A stretch of 64,000 bases of DNA. It comes from a phage. The notes below the pieces were generated by a model. The model was not told the DNA's origin. It saw only the letters and a program-made list of their open reading frames with translations, and searched no databases. Location: NCBI GenBank assembly GCA_025823825.1, contig GCA_025823825.1_4720.1; one strand, given 5' to 3'. The translations under genes and the position numbers were made by a program. Shown here piece after piece: positions 20,717 to 31,469 of the stretch. Each line of letters begins with the position of its first letter. The first letter of the stretch is position 1.

Positions 20717-21997
20717 TCAGAAACGATTTACAGTACGTCCTGTCCACGCGCTCAGGATGTTGTTACGTTCCATCTCAGCACGACGACGTAAACCGTTTGG
20801 CGACTGCGGTGCTTGCGGCATCCCCCATCCAGCCGGTTGCATACCCATGCCCGGCCAAGCAGCGTTATTGAACATCGTACCGTTACGTTCCGCAACACGG
20901 TTCATCAGCGCATCAAACGTGCTATTACCTGCCGGTTGGTTACCACCACTTTCCCATTGATTAGGTTGGACAGGTGCGGTTTTACCTAACAGGTTATCGA
21001 TCACACTGCCTGTTGCAGCAGGACGCGGTTGCATACCTTCATGTGCGGCTGCCGATGGATTTGGCTTAACCGTCGGCTGTGGACGACTGTTCAGCGTTAC
21101 GCCCATGTTGTATTTCGCTGGCGGAATCTGACCACGATGTTGATTAATCGGTTCAAAATCCTCAACCCAGGTAACATCACAATAACCGTTCTCTTTACCG
21201 TCGTACTTATCACCAAACAGTTTGATGAGATTGTTCAGCGGTTCCATCAGCTTAGCGAAGCTGTGGATAAGACAATCGAAATACGGAGCATGGGGATCGC
21301 TTGACCCAGCGTTGTACGTTTCGCTTACTTCACCCGCGTGCGGGATAACGTACTCAACCAGGTTTCTCAGCATGTTAAGATCTTTCTTGGAAATCTCAAC
21401 ACCACACCAATACGTTTTCTTATCTTTCGTGCTGATGTGTTCTTCTTCCATGAACGGGAAAGTAACGACCGCAACGCGGGTCATCTTCTTACCCATGTAG
21501 GTTGCACCAGTACGACGAAGATAAATTTTGGACAGCGTATACGGCGTATCACGTTTCAGCCAAACGGTGACCAGTTTGCCCAGGGTCGTTAGTGTTTTAT
21601 CGCTGGCGTCCGCAAGGATGTTGAAGAACTCTTTTTGCTTCGGCCCGAAACGTTTTGCTTCTTTAGGATTGATTGCGGTTTCAACCATCCAAATCAGCAT
21701 GGAGCATAGCGTGGCATTAAAACGAACAACCATCGCGCGGCGCAGGAACTGAAGGACTTCCGATTCGCCGTTCATCACGTCTTCACTTAGCGGATGGAAC
21801 AGCACACGTTCAGCCAGCTGATTTCCGGTACGAACTTCAGAAACCGGCATCAGCAACGGCATGCTTTCCACGGTAGCGGCAACTGCAACAACTTTACCAT
21901 CCCCATCCGTAAAACGATATTCTAATTCGTGGGCGTCATTCTCAAAATAGTTAACGCTCTGTAGTGCTTTGCGATAAGCTTCGATAAGCTTCGACAT
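20717..21997 (-). CDS. hypothetical protein with Gln/Pro/Gly-rich low-complexity C-terminus
   Basis: 426-aa ORF with AAGGAAA RBS. Confidence 0.55.
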   Translation of the reverse strand: MSKLIEAYRKALQSVNYFENDAHELEYRFTDGDGKVVAVAATVESMPLLMPVSEVRTGNQLAERVLFHPLSEDVMNGESEVLQFLRRAMVVRFNATLCSMLIWMVETAINPKEAKRFGPKQKEFFNILADASDKTLTTLGKLVTVWLKRDTPYTLSKIYLRRTGATYMGKKMTRVAVVTFPFMEEEHISTKDKKTYWCGVEISKKDLNMLRNLVEYVIPHAGEVSETYNAGSSDPHAPYFDCLIHSFAKLMEPLNNLIKLFGDKYDGKENGYCDVTWVEDFEPINQHRGQIPPAKYNMGVTLNSRPQPTVKPNPSAAAHEGMQPRPAATGSVIDNLLGKTAPVQPNQWESGGNQPAGNSTFDALMNRVAERNGTMFNNAAWPGMGMQPAGWGMPQAPQSPNGLRRRAEMERNNILSAWTGRTVNRF

Positions 21998-22052
21998 ATT
22001 GTATTTCCTTTTCTTTACGTCAACGGTCCCCCTACAACAGGGGACCTATGGA

Positions 22053-23639
22053 TTAGAAGTTGCCTTTGGTAGTTACCGCATCCACCAGGTTAAACAAATC
22101 AACACTCAGCTTATACACCTCCTGCTGGCTACGGTTGAGCAGCGGGCTGTATGCGGATGGGTTGATGTTCGGCATGGTGTACGGAATCGGTGCAGAGCCG
22201 TCAACGCTGATCTTGAACTGGCTGTCCAGGAACAGGTTAATCGCGCCGCTCACCATAACCGCATTCGGGTTGTTACCCAACATGGAGGGTAGGATATTGG
22301 TAATCATGTCAGAACGCATTTGTTCAGCAGCACGGTTACAATCGTATCCTTTAATGAAAGGTACAGCGTCGGTAACCGCAACCGCCCACTGACCAGGCAT
22401 GATACCGAGTTCTGGGTGACCATGGTTGTCAGCAATAAAACGGAACGACTCCAACATGCGGTACGTCATCGCAGCAGGCATCATTGCAGCAAGCGATGAG
22501 CAATACAGCGTTGGATAATCGATCACGTCCCAGCTCTGGCTGTCGGTCGGCATCCAACCAAACTCGGTGGTTGCTGATGTACCGCGACGAGCTTCCACAT
22601 ACGGGAATAACGTTAAGACGTCACGGATATGTTCACCGAACATCCGTTTCATGTCAGCCCAACTCAGGCTACCGCTGAAAGCGAATCCTTCATCACGCAT
22701 AATCGCACCGAATACCGGATGCGCGACCAGCGGTTCTTCACGAACAGCTTGAGCGGCTTCTACGTAAATATCCTCGTTCTCTGCGCTACCTGGATGAGAC
22801 CCGCTTTCGTACGTCTGACGAATAGCCCCAACATTATCGAAGGCTTTTCTCAGATAGATGGTTGGGATGTTCGTATCGGCACTAGCTGGTTTGATTTTCT
22901 CTGTTGCGAAACACATTGCTGCTTCCACACCACGGAAAACCGGTTCCGGTTGCGGTGGGTAGGATGTACGATGAACCACGTCAGCGTAGGCGGGATCGAA
23001 CTGCTGCATTACGTTCTGCATGGCTGGGTCCATGAACTGGTTATCAAAACCACCATTGCCCACCCAACGTGCTGTCGATGCATAAGTCAGTGTATCCTGA
23101 ACACGAGTACTGAACTGAACATCGCGATTAACAGGGTCGTATGCACCGGTCAACAGGTTCGTTGCGTCCATCGGGGTTGCACGAACAATTTGCTTACCGA
23201 ACATATCTGTCGTGGTTGTTTCGGTTACCTGGATTACGTTCGTGAAGAAGAACACCAGTTCATTCGGCAGATCGATAGCACGCGTTGTAAACGCATCGAG
23301 GCTTACAGAATGGTCGGTGTATCCAGAAATGTAATGGACACGCTTGGTTCCTGGTGCAAGGGCCAAGGATTCTTCTACAGCCATCATGAAATGGAAACGA
23401 CGTGTGCCCCAACCATTCGCAATCTCCGAAACCCCCTCAGGTTCTGCAGACTGCTGCAACAAACCGGTTGCAAGCTTGTTGATTGCTGATGGTGTTGTTG
23501 CCGTACCGAACCGCGTCGTGTTAATAAAGTCTTCGATGCTACGCATGCTATCTGCGTGGAATCGTAGTGGACGACGTTGTACGTTGTTGTACGGTGCGGT
23601 TTCAACCATCAGTATTTCACGAACATTCATCGGGATCAT
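22053..23639 (-). CDS. hypothetical protein
   Basis: 528-aa ORF with AAGAGGAAA RBS. Confidence 0.55.
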   Translation of the reverse strand: MIPMNVREILMVETAPYNNVQRRPLRFHADSMRSIEDFINTTRFGTATTPSAINKLATGLLQQSAEPEGVSEIANGWGTRRFHFMMAVEESLALAPGTKRVHYISGYTDHSVSLDAFTTRAIDLPNELVFFFTNVIQVTETTTTDMFGKQIVRATPMDATNLLTGAYDPVNRDVQFSTRVQDTLTYASTARWVGNGGFDNQFMDPAMQNVMQQFDPAYADVVHRTSYPPQPEPVFRGVEAAMCFATEKIKPASADTNIPTIYLRKAFDNVGAIRQTYESGSHPGSAENEDIYVEAAQAVREEPLVAHPVFGAIMRDEGFAFSGSLSWADMKRMFGEHIRDVLTLFPYVEARRGTSATTEFGWMPTDSQSWDVIDYPTLYCSSLAAMMPAAMTYRMLESFRFIADNHGHPELGIMPGQWAVAVTDAVPFIKGYDCNRAAEQMRSDMITNILPSMLGNNPNAVMVSGAINLFLDSQFKISVDGSAPIPYTMPNINPSAYSPLLNRSQQEVYKLSVDLFNLVDAVTTKGNF

Positions 23640-23640
23640 T

Positions 23641-25229
23641 TTATTTTTTTCCTCTTAAATTTACTACGTGTTCATTTAATCGAACAACTAATTGCACAAG
23701 TTGCTGACGGATATCTGCTGGACAAAGCATCAATCCTTTACGATCAGCTGGGACTTTCTCAAGGATTTCCGGGCCTGCTGCTGAAACATCCCAGTCCCAT
23801 TCACAAAACGCATCGGCCACCATGTTAATACCGACAACCGGTAAAGTTGTACGTTCATCTTCATACATGGCGTGTGGATACAATTTATTGACAGTAATGA
23901 TCTCCTGTGGTTTTAATTGGTGGATAATCTGATAAACATCGTCGCGTTTAACCTGGATACCTACGGTCAGCGCTGCCAGTTGAGGAAAACCCCAATGGTC
24001 TAATAAGCAAGCTGCAATCGCTAACGCTTTTGCTTGATGCACGGCTTCAATCGGTGCCAGACTTCTCGCCGGAAGATGGCTATCAAGCAACCATTGTGCC
24101 AGTGCTCGGCATCCACGGTTGATTGGTTTTAACTCAACGCTGTCATCGTGCTTAGCGTACGTGTATCCGTCGTAACGTTTTGCGATACGCGCATACATGT
24201 CTTCAACTTTACCGTAAGGTGCCGTTTCGTCGACGTCGTGTAACACACGTTCCATCTGGGTAAGATACGCGATGTCAAGAATGAGTACACGCGGTGAACG
24301 TTTATCTTTCACCATCAACGCATCAATCACGCCTTGACTGTCTTCATCTTGCGCGTTCCCTCGTGGGGTTTTCTCACGAATCGGTCCGCTGAAACGTCGT
24401 TCCGTACAAAGGTTATTCACATAGCTAAAGATCAGTGTTACCAGATGCGTACAACTCACCAACACCCCATCTTTAACGACAGGCTGTACGGCTTGGTCCA
24501 AGTCGCGTACGGCGAGACGGCGGACGATGGCTTGTGAACGCAACCAGCCGGGCACTTTCTCCGTCGACATGTAATCCACGGTCATCGACAGCGTGATCTT
24601 TTTATCACCCGTCTGTGCGCGGATATAGTCTTCCAGTCGGTCGTAAGCGGCGATATCATGAATGCGTGTTTTATACATCAACGACATAGCCACTTCTTCT
24701 TTACGGACTGTCCCGTACGTTTTCCCTGCGTCAATCAGAAACTCTGCCCAAATCGGCACCATCAGACGGACATAGATCGCTAACGCTGTTAACTCAACGT
24801 AATCATTTCGTAAATAGGTTTTCTCGGGTATATCGTCCTCACCTAATGTTGTTTTCATGTCCGGTGGTAATTTTACCCAACCTGGGGTATTACACAACGC
24901 CAGAATCTCTTCATACACAACCGGTTTGTAAATCTCACCAACAGCGCGACTCAACTCCTCCATTTGTTGTTGTGGAGCAATGTAGTTATCCATCGCTTCA
25001 CGTGCTTTAACGAACCCTTCGAAGATGTCGTCAATTCGACGTGGGTTCTTTTGTTCTATCCAGGCGAGATACTTGTTAATCTCCCGCATCTGATTGCTAG
25101 CCATATCCCCATCAATCTTGATGTAACCCTGGCCTGAAAATTCCACAGTACGTCCATCACGATGTTTGATGAGATAGTGATCCAGCTTTTCTTTTCCTTG
25201 CGTCGTAATGACGGGCACTATGTGCATAA
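23641..25229 (-). CDS. hypothetical protein
   Basis: Track start 25362 lacks an RBS; ATG at 25229 (MHIVPVITT) has AGAGG RBS. Confidence 0.55.
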
Positions 25230-25431
25230 CAACCTCTTTTCGCGGTTCCCTGTTAAAACGTCTTCTGTGACGTCTACCACAAAGGTAATATAAGCGTGAA
25301 TAATTTTGGATTCCGGCTGAGTTATCGCTCAGCATGCAAGGCATCCCGCCGAAGCGAGACACCTTGCACTAACGGAAAATATTCGCGTTACCTTCTGAAT
25401 CGAAGACTCAGAATGCGATGCTAAAGCATTA

Positions 25432-26220
25432 TTAGAACGCTAAGCCATCAAAGGCTACGGACGGATCATCATCGTCATTTGCGCTTGGCGCATCCCAACG
25501 GGTATCAGGGGCCGCTGAAGCCGAACTTGATGCGTTAGAGTTACCGTTGTACTGGCCGTTACCAGCATTACGGTTACCGCCGCCGTTGTTATTGTTACGG
25601 TTATAGCTATTGTTGCCATTACTTACGCTACGGCTTTCACCGTCGAAATTGGTTGCGAGGATGCTCGGCAACACCGCACGATGAATACGTACAAATTCCA
25701 ACGCACAAAGCGGAGAAACAACCCCGATCTGTAAAGGTTGCCCAGACTCATCAACCAGAGCGTGGAAGCGCGGTGGCTTGAATACGAATTGGATGTTCGG
25801 TTTTTGGTACGCTGTTACGGCGATATATACCGAACCATCATCATTCTTACCAACCCATGTTGTACTTTCGGTAATCTGTTTCTTCTTACCTGGGTTATTG
25901 CGATCGTCAATAACCTTTTCGTTCTTCATCGCAAAGCGCTGACCTGGTTTACCCTTAGCAACCTGCTCGAGGATCGCAAGCAGGTTATAGAACGCGTATG
26001 AGCTCATGCGTGCCCAAATGCTTTCAGCGCGACCCTGCTGGTCTTTACGACCGGTGTAAACCGTGATACGCGGTTGATTCTTAGCAACGCTAATTTTCAA
26101 TGAGGGGATTGAATTACCGCCCTCAACCTTTTCGTCCGCCCACAGTTTCCAGTTGTTGTCGTCATACGCTGTAGGAATAATGTTTCCTTGTGGTTTACTG
26201 CCCGAATTCCAATTGCTCAT
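25432..26220 (-). CDS. hypothetical protein with SSB-like Asn/Gly-rich linker and acidic C-terminal tail
   Basis: C-terminus ...NGQYNGNSNASSS...SANDDDDPSVAFDGLAF resembles the disordered linker and acidic tip of single-stranded DNA-binding proteins. Confidence 0.5.
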   Translation of the reverse strand: MSNWNSGSKPQGNIIPTAYDDNNWKLWADEKVEGGNSIPSLKISVAKNQPRITVYTGRKDQQGRAESIWARMSSYAFYNLLAILEQVAKGKPGQRFAMKNEKVIDDRNNPGKKKQITESTTWVGKNDDGSVYIAVTAYQKPNIQFVFKPPRFHALVDESGQPLQIGVVSPLCALEFVRIHRAVLPSILATNFDGESRSVSNGNNSYNRNNNNGGGNRNAGNGQYNGNSNASSSASAAPDTRWDAPSANDDDDPSVAFDGLAF

Positions 26221-26293
26221 TTTCAGCCTCGTTACGTAGTGTGAATCAATTTCTGGTTCAGATGATAGTTAATATTAGTTAAAAATTACAGCC

Positions 26294-27091
26294 TCAGCGG
26301 AACATGTCCAACAGAAAACGTTTTGCGAAGGGGTCACGTAACTGGTTGACGCCAAAGCGCGTACGGTCTTCCGTTGTTAATGGATTCCACTGACTCTGTT
26401 TCGCAAGATCTAACAGCATCCTTTTTATTTTCACCGGCCCACTGTTAAACTGTACGGCTTGGTCACCGAACGTTCCCAATGTCATCTTTGTAAATGGAAG
26501 ATTCGCAACCTCTGGACGATCCCCACCAGTAAGTTTAGTCGACCACTGATGTTTTCGTTTCAAGGTTCCGGTATGGCTCTCCACCAAAATAAGTTCACCA
26601 AAACCGGTTCTTGCCAACAAGTCAGAAACATAGTGCGTGGTGATATACGATGTCTTGGTTATCGTGGGTAATTTACAATCCATCGATTCGATATTAGGGA
26701 GTCGATCTACAGACGCCATCAACCCACGATAAAGTGTAGCGAGTCCTTTTTGTTTTTCGGTGTGTGGCTCCTTATGTATAGCGTGCGGATAAACACGCTT
26801 TATTGACGCATAGGTTGGCGCATATATCCGCAAACGAATATGGGGAACGAGTTCATTCACCAGCTGCCTTAGCTGCAGTAACTCGTTTTGAAAATCCCCT
26901 GTTATCATCGATAACGGTAATTTATGTTGTTCAACGTCTTCAAAGCTTTCAACGAAATTGCGTGCTAAAGTACGCAGGTTGAACAACCAATCCATCGGTG
27001 TTTCTGGCTGTTGCTGCACGGCTGATAATGTTGCTGACGTCCCTACCGATAAAGGATAATCACCTAACGTGCGGGCGTACATATTGCTCAT
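26294..27091 (-). CDS. hypothetical protein
   Basis: ATG at 27091 (MSNMYARTLG) preceded by AAGGAG RBS; track start 27127 overlaps upstream gene. Confidence 0.5.
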   Translation of the reverse strand: MSNMYARTLGDYPLSVGTSATLSAVQQQPETPMDWLFNLRTLARNFVESFEDVEQHKLPLSMITGDFQNELLQLRQLVNELVPHIRLRIYAPTYASIKRVYPHAIHKEPHTEKQKGLATLYRGLMASVDRLPNIESMDCKLPTITKTSYITTHYVSDLLARTGFGELILVESHTGTLKRKHQWSTKLTGGDRPEVANLPFTKMTLGTFGDQAVQFNSGPVKIKRMLLDLAKQSQWNPLTTEDRTRFGVNQLRDPFAKRFLLDMFR

Positions 27092-27110
27092 ACCCCACAA
27101 CTCCTTCTTA

Positions 27111-28253
27111 TCATGGCAACGTATCAAGCCAAGCAGAAACCTTTAAGGCATCAACGTTCGGGTATTTATTACGAATGCGTTCGACCAACAAACGCTTAAC
27201 GTTGTCCTTTGTCAAGTCTCCACCTTTCTCGATAACGTTATTGACAAAACTGTTCTTTAATAGCGACTGGTTGTTCTTGGCATCCGTTTTAATTGACCAG
27301 ACAAAACCTGGATACAAAGAAGGGATAGAACGAAACGTTTTCGCCGCATCGTCTTCCTTATCGCAGCGTATTCGAATATGATCGCCCTTCTTCAATGGAG
27401 CCAATTCCCGTTCCAACACACGGACAATTTCATCTCCAACAAGACCATGCAGTTTTATCGTCTTATAGACATCTGCTTTCTTGTTCTCAACAAATTCCCA
27501 CTGGTCGTTAAACGATTCTGTTAACGTATAACGGAGATACCCCTTTGGACCTTCTTCGCCGTGCGCCAAGCGACCGAACGAACCGCCAACCATGATACGT
27601 CCTTTCTGGGATTGTAAGTGAATATGTCCGCTCACGATCCATCCCTGGGTCTTCTCCACCATTGCGTTATACGCATCGCTGCTATGAACACATGTCGCTT
27701 TTAACGCTTCTGGTGGAAGCTGATATTCGAACGCACCGTGCATCAGAATGAAGTCCGGCGATCCCTTCTCATCAATAAGTCGGTTCACGGCCGACAACGT
27801 CACATCCGGATCGTGGCTGTAGTTATCTGGAAGATAAAGCACTTTTAAACCAAAGTCTTCATCAACCATGCAGAGGTCATCGTAATAACGAACTTTCGCT
27901 CCTATCTCCATGACCTCGTTCTGTTCAACGAACCACTGACTTTGCTTCTGGTCGTGTAAATTGGTACCCTCAAGAAAGATCAACGTAATATCATGTTTTC
28001 TCGCATACCGTAACAACCAGGTACCCCAGGCACGAACAGCAACCACATCACTCGTCACAAATGTCGTAATGCGATCGAAGACATCGCCACTGAACGTAAT
28101 CACATCAAGCAGCGCAGGATCTTCTTTTGTAATGTAATAACGCAGTTGGCTAATCAGGTTTACTGTCGGTGTTTGACGATGGATAAAGTGAATATCCGAC
28201 AAATTGATTCCACGTAATACCCCAGGCGTTTTATTTCGACTGAAGTCTCGCAT
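27111..28253 (-). CDS. metallophosphoesterase, possibly SbcD/Mre11-like nuclease
   Basis: Ordered motifs SGDVFD, GTNLHD (GNHD-like), MHGAFEY, SGHIHL (GHxH). Confidence 0.6.
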   Translation of the reverse strand: MRDFSRNKTPGVLRGINLSDIHFIHRQTPTVNLISQLRYYITKEDPALLDVITFSGDVFDRITTFVTSDVVAVRAWGTWLLRYARKHDITLIFLEGTNLHDQKQSQWFVEQNEVMEIGAKVRYYDDLCMVDEDFGLKVLYLPDNYSHDPDVTLSAVNRLIDEKGSPDFILMHGAFEYQLPPEALKATCVHSSDAYNAMVEKTQGWIVSGHIHLQSQKGRIMVGGSFGRLAHGEEGPKGYLRYTLTESFNDQWEFVENKKADVYKTIKLHGLVGDEIVRVLERELAPLKKGDHIRIRCDKEDDAAKTFRSIPSLYPGFVWSIKTDAKNNQSLLKNSFVNNVIEKGGDLTKDNVKRLLVERIRNKYPNVDALKVSAWLDTLP

Positions 28254-29035
28254 CAGAATTCCTCTAGGTTGCTGCTGCTAATAGTCCCCGTCGTAGACGG
28301 CATGTTTCTACTGCTCGCCGACGCTGTTGTTGAAGAAGTTCTGGCTAGATTCAATCCGTTTAATAACCCACGCTCTTTTACCGTACGACGTGAACCATCA
28401 CGAACGTCGTAAAGGGGTACGTTATAATGGTCAAAAATCCGAAGCCATTGCACGTAATCAGCAACAACATGGTCTTTGCTTTCATTCGGGGCAAAGCGAT
28501 CAAGCTGATGGTCGACGTAAGCTTTAGCGCTTTCAGGATTGAAGTTATACTGTCGACGTGCTTTGTCCACCATCGCGAGGAAACATGTGTTGGGGTCACG
28601 ATTGATGTATGAACGTGTCCGGATAAAGATAGCCGGTACCGTAAACAGAACCTTGTTGTTATTCCCATCAGCAACGATGTTAACCGCACGATGTGGTTGG
28701 CCTGCTATCTTGCACCAATCGTGAACAATGGTGCTATTACTCAGCATCTCCGCGTATTCAGGATCCTGCGAAAACATTCCTGCGAACGGATACAAGAAAT
28801 GTTTAACAAACAGCGACTCAGGCAGGATGTTGGGACGCGTCATCTCCTGTAAACCTTTTCGTAGAAGCTCGCTGTTGTCTACCAGCTCCTGCCACATGTC
28901 CGGTCGTGTTTTCGGGATGGACGGATCCTGAGCGCGGCGAATGCGCTCTTCCTCATTTACAACCACTACCCCAGCCGGATACCCCAATAAATCCGTTCCT
29001 TCGCTAACGTTGCTGTTAGTTTGGCGCGCCTTCAT
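28253..29035 (-). CDS. hypothetical protein
   Basis: 260-aa ORF. Confidence 0.5.
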   Translation of the reverse strand: MKARQTNSNVSEGTDLLGYPAGVVVVNEEERIRRAQDPSIPKTRPDMWQELVDNSELLRKGLQEMTRPNILPESLFVKHFLYPFAGMFSQDPEYAEMLSNSTIVHDWCKIAGQPHRAVNIVADGNNNKVLFTVPAIFIRTRSYINRDPNTCFLAMVDKARRQYNFNPESAKAYVDHQLDRFAPNESKDHVVADYVQWLRIFDHYNVPLYDVRDGSRRTVKERGLLNGLNLARTSSTTASASSRNMPSTTGTISSSNLEEF

Positions 29036-29423
29036 TTACTTCCTCCTGCCACTTGATAAAATTACCACGCTCGGATCGCAGAACACCGCCCAAATCGTAC
29101 GATATACCTTTCTCTGTGACAATCCCACCAATCTGGAGATCAACACGTTCCGTCGTCGGATCGATATACTTGACACGGACTTTCAATTCCACGCGATCGT
29201 AATAACGCATTAAATAATCATACAACATCCGGTATGTCGCATCTTCCAATTTGGGTGCGCTATACTGCGATGTTGCAATGAGGTACGGTAGTGAAACGAT
29301 GGAACCTTGATAGCAATACGACTGGGAATAATTCGATATTGCAAAATTGGTCATTAACCCATCCAGCTTTTTTCCCGACGCGGTTAAAAAGCTCGACAGT
29401 CCCGGTAACGGATTCGATGCCAT
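29016..29423 (-). CDS. hypothetical protein
   Basis: 135-aa ORF with strong AAAGAGGAG RBS. Confidence 0.5.
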   Translation of the reverse strand: MASNPLPGLSSFLTASGKKLDGLMTNFAISNYSQSYCYQGSIVSLPYLIATSQYSAPKLEDATYRMLYDYLMRYYDRVELKVRVKYIDPTTERVDLQIGGIVTEKGISYDLGGVLRSERGNFIKWQEEVNEGAPN

Positions 29424-29436
29424 GAGGAACTCCTCT

Positions 29437-29910
29437 TTAAGCGTAATTCATTCCAACCAATCTATCGTAGTTAGGCATATGCCCTAACTCCAGTTCGACA
29501 GGCATGGATACATTGGTGCGCGGCGCGTAAAATGTTCGCGTATGCATATCGATATACCCGCAGTCCAAATAAACAATATCGGACAACTCCACCGGATGTT
29601 TAGGTGCGGGAATCTTTAGTCGGTTATAACACTCAAGCTGCCACCAGGCATGAAAAAAGTTATTGTAAGCGTACGATTTACTGTTAGCAATTTTAAGACC
29701 GTAGATCACCCATAACGCCGCCATGAAGTTGGTCGCGTTAATTCGCATCGGTTGTTCATTATTGAGCATGTACGTGTAGGTAAACAACGGTGTGTTACCA
29801 TCACCGAAACGTCCAACCAAGGTATTGTTTGTGCGTTCGACCTCAAAGGAAAAATGCTGGCTGCTATTGCCATCAAAATGGATCATTCCGTTCTCCTCAA
29901 GCTTTTTCAT
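29437..29910 (-). CDS. hypothetical protein
   Basis: Track start 29976 lies in a GC-rich hairpin; internal ATG near 29910 (MKKLEENGM) more plausible. Confidence 0.45.
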   Translation of the reverse strand: MKKLEENGMIHFDGNSSQHFSFEVERTNNTLVGRFGDGNTPLFTYTYMLNNEQPMRINATNFMAALWVIYGLKIANSKSYAYNNFFHAWWQLECYNRLKIPAPKHPVELSDIVYLDCGYIDMHTRTFYAPRTNVSMPVELELGHMPNYDRLVGMNYA

Positions 29911-30005
29911 TTCATAGAGTGGTGGAAATTCGTAGAAAGTTACAAAAATAAAAAAGAATGGGCAGCCCCTCCCCACCCGAAGGTAGGGAGAGACCGCAAA
30001 TATAC

Positions 30006-30491
30006 TTAAACCAATGCTGCGATAACGTCGTTAACATTACGGCCTCGCAACTCTGCCGCTAAACGAATAACTTCATCCAGGGAACGGGTTGTACGAATCT
30101 TGGCCACTTTCCAATTTTCAGGATACTGTTCGAAGTTAAGCAACCAAGTCATTACCTTTGCTTGTTCCATACCGTTGAGTTTGATTGTCGTGCGCGGATT
30201 GGCTTTGAACCACTTCTTGCTCAGCTGCGCCATACGGCGAACAGGGTAAGCGTAAGCGCGAGTCCAGTCTTTGGACAGATTGTCGAGTAATTCACAGTAG
30301 CTGTTGTCGTAGTCTTTGTTGATACGACGTAATAACCAGTTGGCGGTCATCTGATAAAGTTTATCATCTTCACGTAACCGCATACCCGCTACTGCTAAAT
30401 AAATGATAAGACCTGCGCCCAGGATGAGAGACAGGATAAACAGGATTTGGGTTTCTTGTGCTAAAGTCATTTTACTATCCTCGGATTTCAT
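30006..30491 (-). CDS. membrane protein
   Basis: Hydrophobic segment ILFILSLILGAGLIIYLAVAG near N-terminus; promoter-like motif 66 nt upstream. Confidence 0.55.
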   Translation of the reverse strand: MKSEDSKMTLAQETQILFILSLILGAGLIIYLAVAGMRLREDDKLYQMTANWLLRRINKDYDNSYCELLDNLSKDWTRAYAYPVRRMAQLSKKWFKANPRTTIKLNGMEQAKVMTWLLNFEQYPENWKVAKIRTTRSLDEVIRLAAELRGRNVNDVIAALV

Positions 30492-30556
30492 TAGGATTTA
30501 ATTTCCAATATAAGGGCAATGTGATATGCCTTATACAGTCGATTGATGTTGTACAT

Positions 30557-30580
30557 CACCTAAGTAATATAGCCGTGAAA
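30557..30580 (-). promoter_or_regulatory. promoter-like motif, copy 2
   Basis: Plus strand CACCTAAGTAATATAGCCGTGAAA; 66 nt upstream of minus-strand start at 30491. Confidence 0.5.
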
Positions 30581-30589
30581 AATGTTGGA

Positions 30590-31387
30590 TTAACGTGTTC
30601 TCCTATCACGATGCGTATACGACTGAAGACCGATGTCCATATGCGGTAACGTCAGCGTCTGCCAGATCTGTCGTGCATAGCGATCGAGCGTATGATCGTC
30701 AGTAACACAATCGACGGGTTCGATGAGGTGAGTCGTATACTGGCTTTTCTCAGAGAAAGGTTCGATGTTAGCTGTATCTCCTAATCCGCTTTTCACCGTG
30801 AAGACAAGACGTGTGACTATCATCGCCTTATGTTGCTGTTCGTTATAACGAAGGCTGCGGTATACGGCATAGCTTCCTCCTTTTAGGCTTCGGGTATAAC
30901 GAAGGTCGGAGGTCGTCTCGGAAATCTGATACAGCATCCAGTCCAACGTATCGCGCCAGTACGCATCATCCACATCAGGAACTGTAATACCATATCGCGT
31001 AGGCAGCAGTTCTAAAAGCAATTTATAAAGTCCGCGACGCAAGCCATGCTCTTCTGTTTCCGATAAACCGTTTCCAACATAACGTGAAATACGCGTACGT
31101 AAATACGTACGGATGAACATATTCGCCATCAGTGTTTTCACTCTGCTACTTGTATCCTCAAAGCGATCAACGCTGAAACTCGTTTCAATCAGCCGTCCAT
31201 TAAAATACAATGCGGCAACATACATCGCATTACTGCTATCACGTTCAATGTTTAAACGACCGCAGATATTGGCTGCGTCGTTCATGGTAAATTCTAATTT
31301 ATCGTGTTCGATACGATAGATAATATCCTCTTGGGTTGCTAGGCTCGCAATACGACGATAGCCCGGAGAAGTACGTTTTACACTCAT
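30590..31387 (-). CDS. hypothetical protein
   Basis: ATG at 31387 (MSVKRTSPGYRR) with GAGGA RBS preferred over track start 31426. Confidence 0.5.
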   Translation of the reverse strand: MSVKRTSPGYRRIASLATQEDIIYRIEHDKLEFTMNDAANICGRLNIERDSSNAMYVAALYFNGRLIETSFSVDRFEDTSSRVKTLMANMFIRTYLRTRISRYVGNGLSETEEHGLRRGLYKLLLELLPTRYGITVPDVDDAYWRDTLDWMLYQISETTSDLRYTRSLKGGSYAVYRSLRYNEQQHKAMIVTRLVFTVKSGLGDTANIEPFSEKSQYTTHLIEPVDCVTDDHTLDRYARQIWQTLTLPHMDIGLQSYTHRDRRTR

Positions 31388-31469
31388 GATTGTCCTCGTT
31401 TTCAATTTTAAGATTGCATGCGGCATAAACCCTCCCCGCCTTGTGCAGGGAGGGTAGCCATTAAATGGA

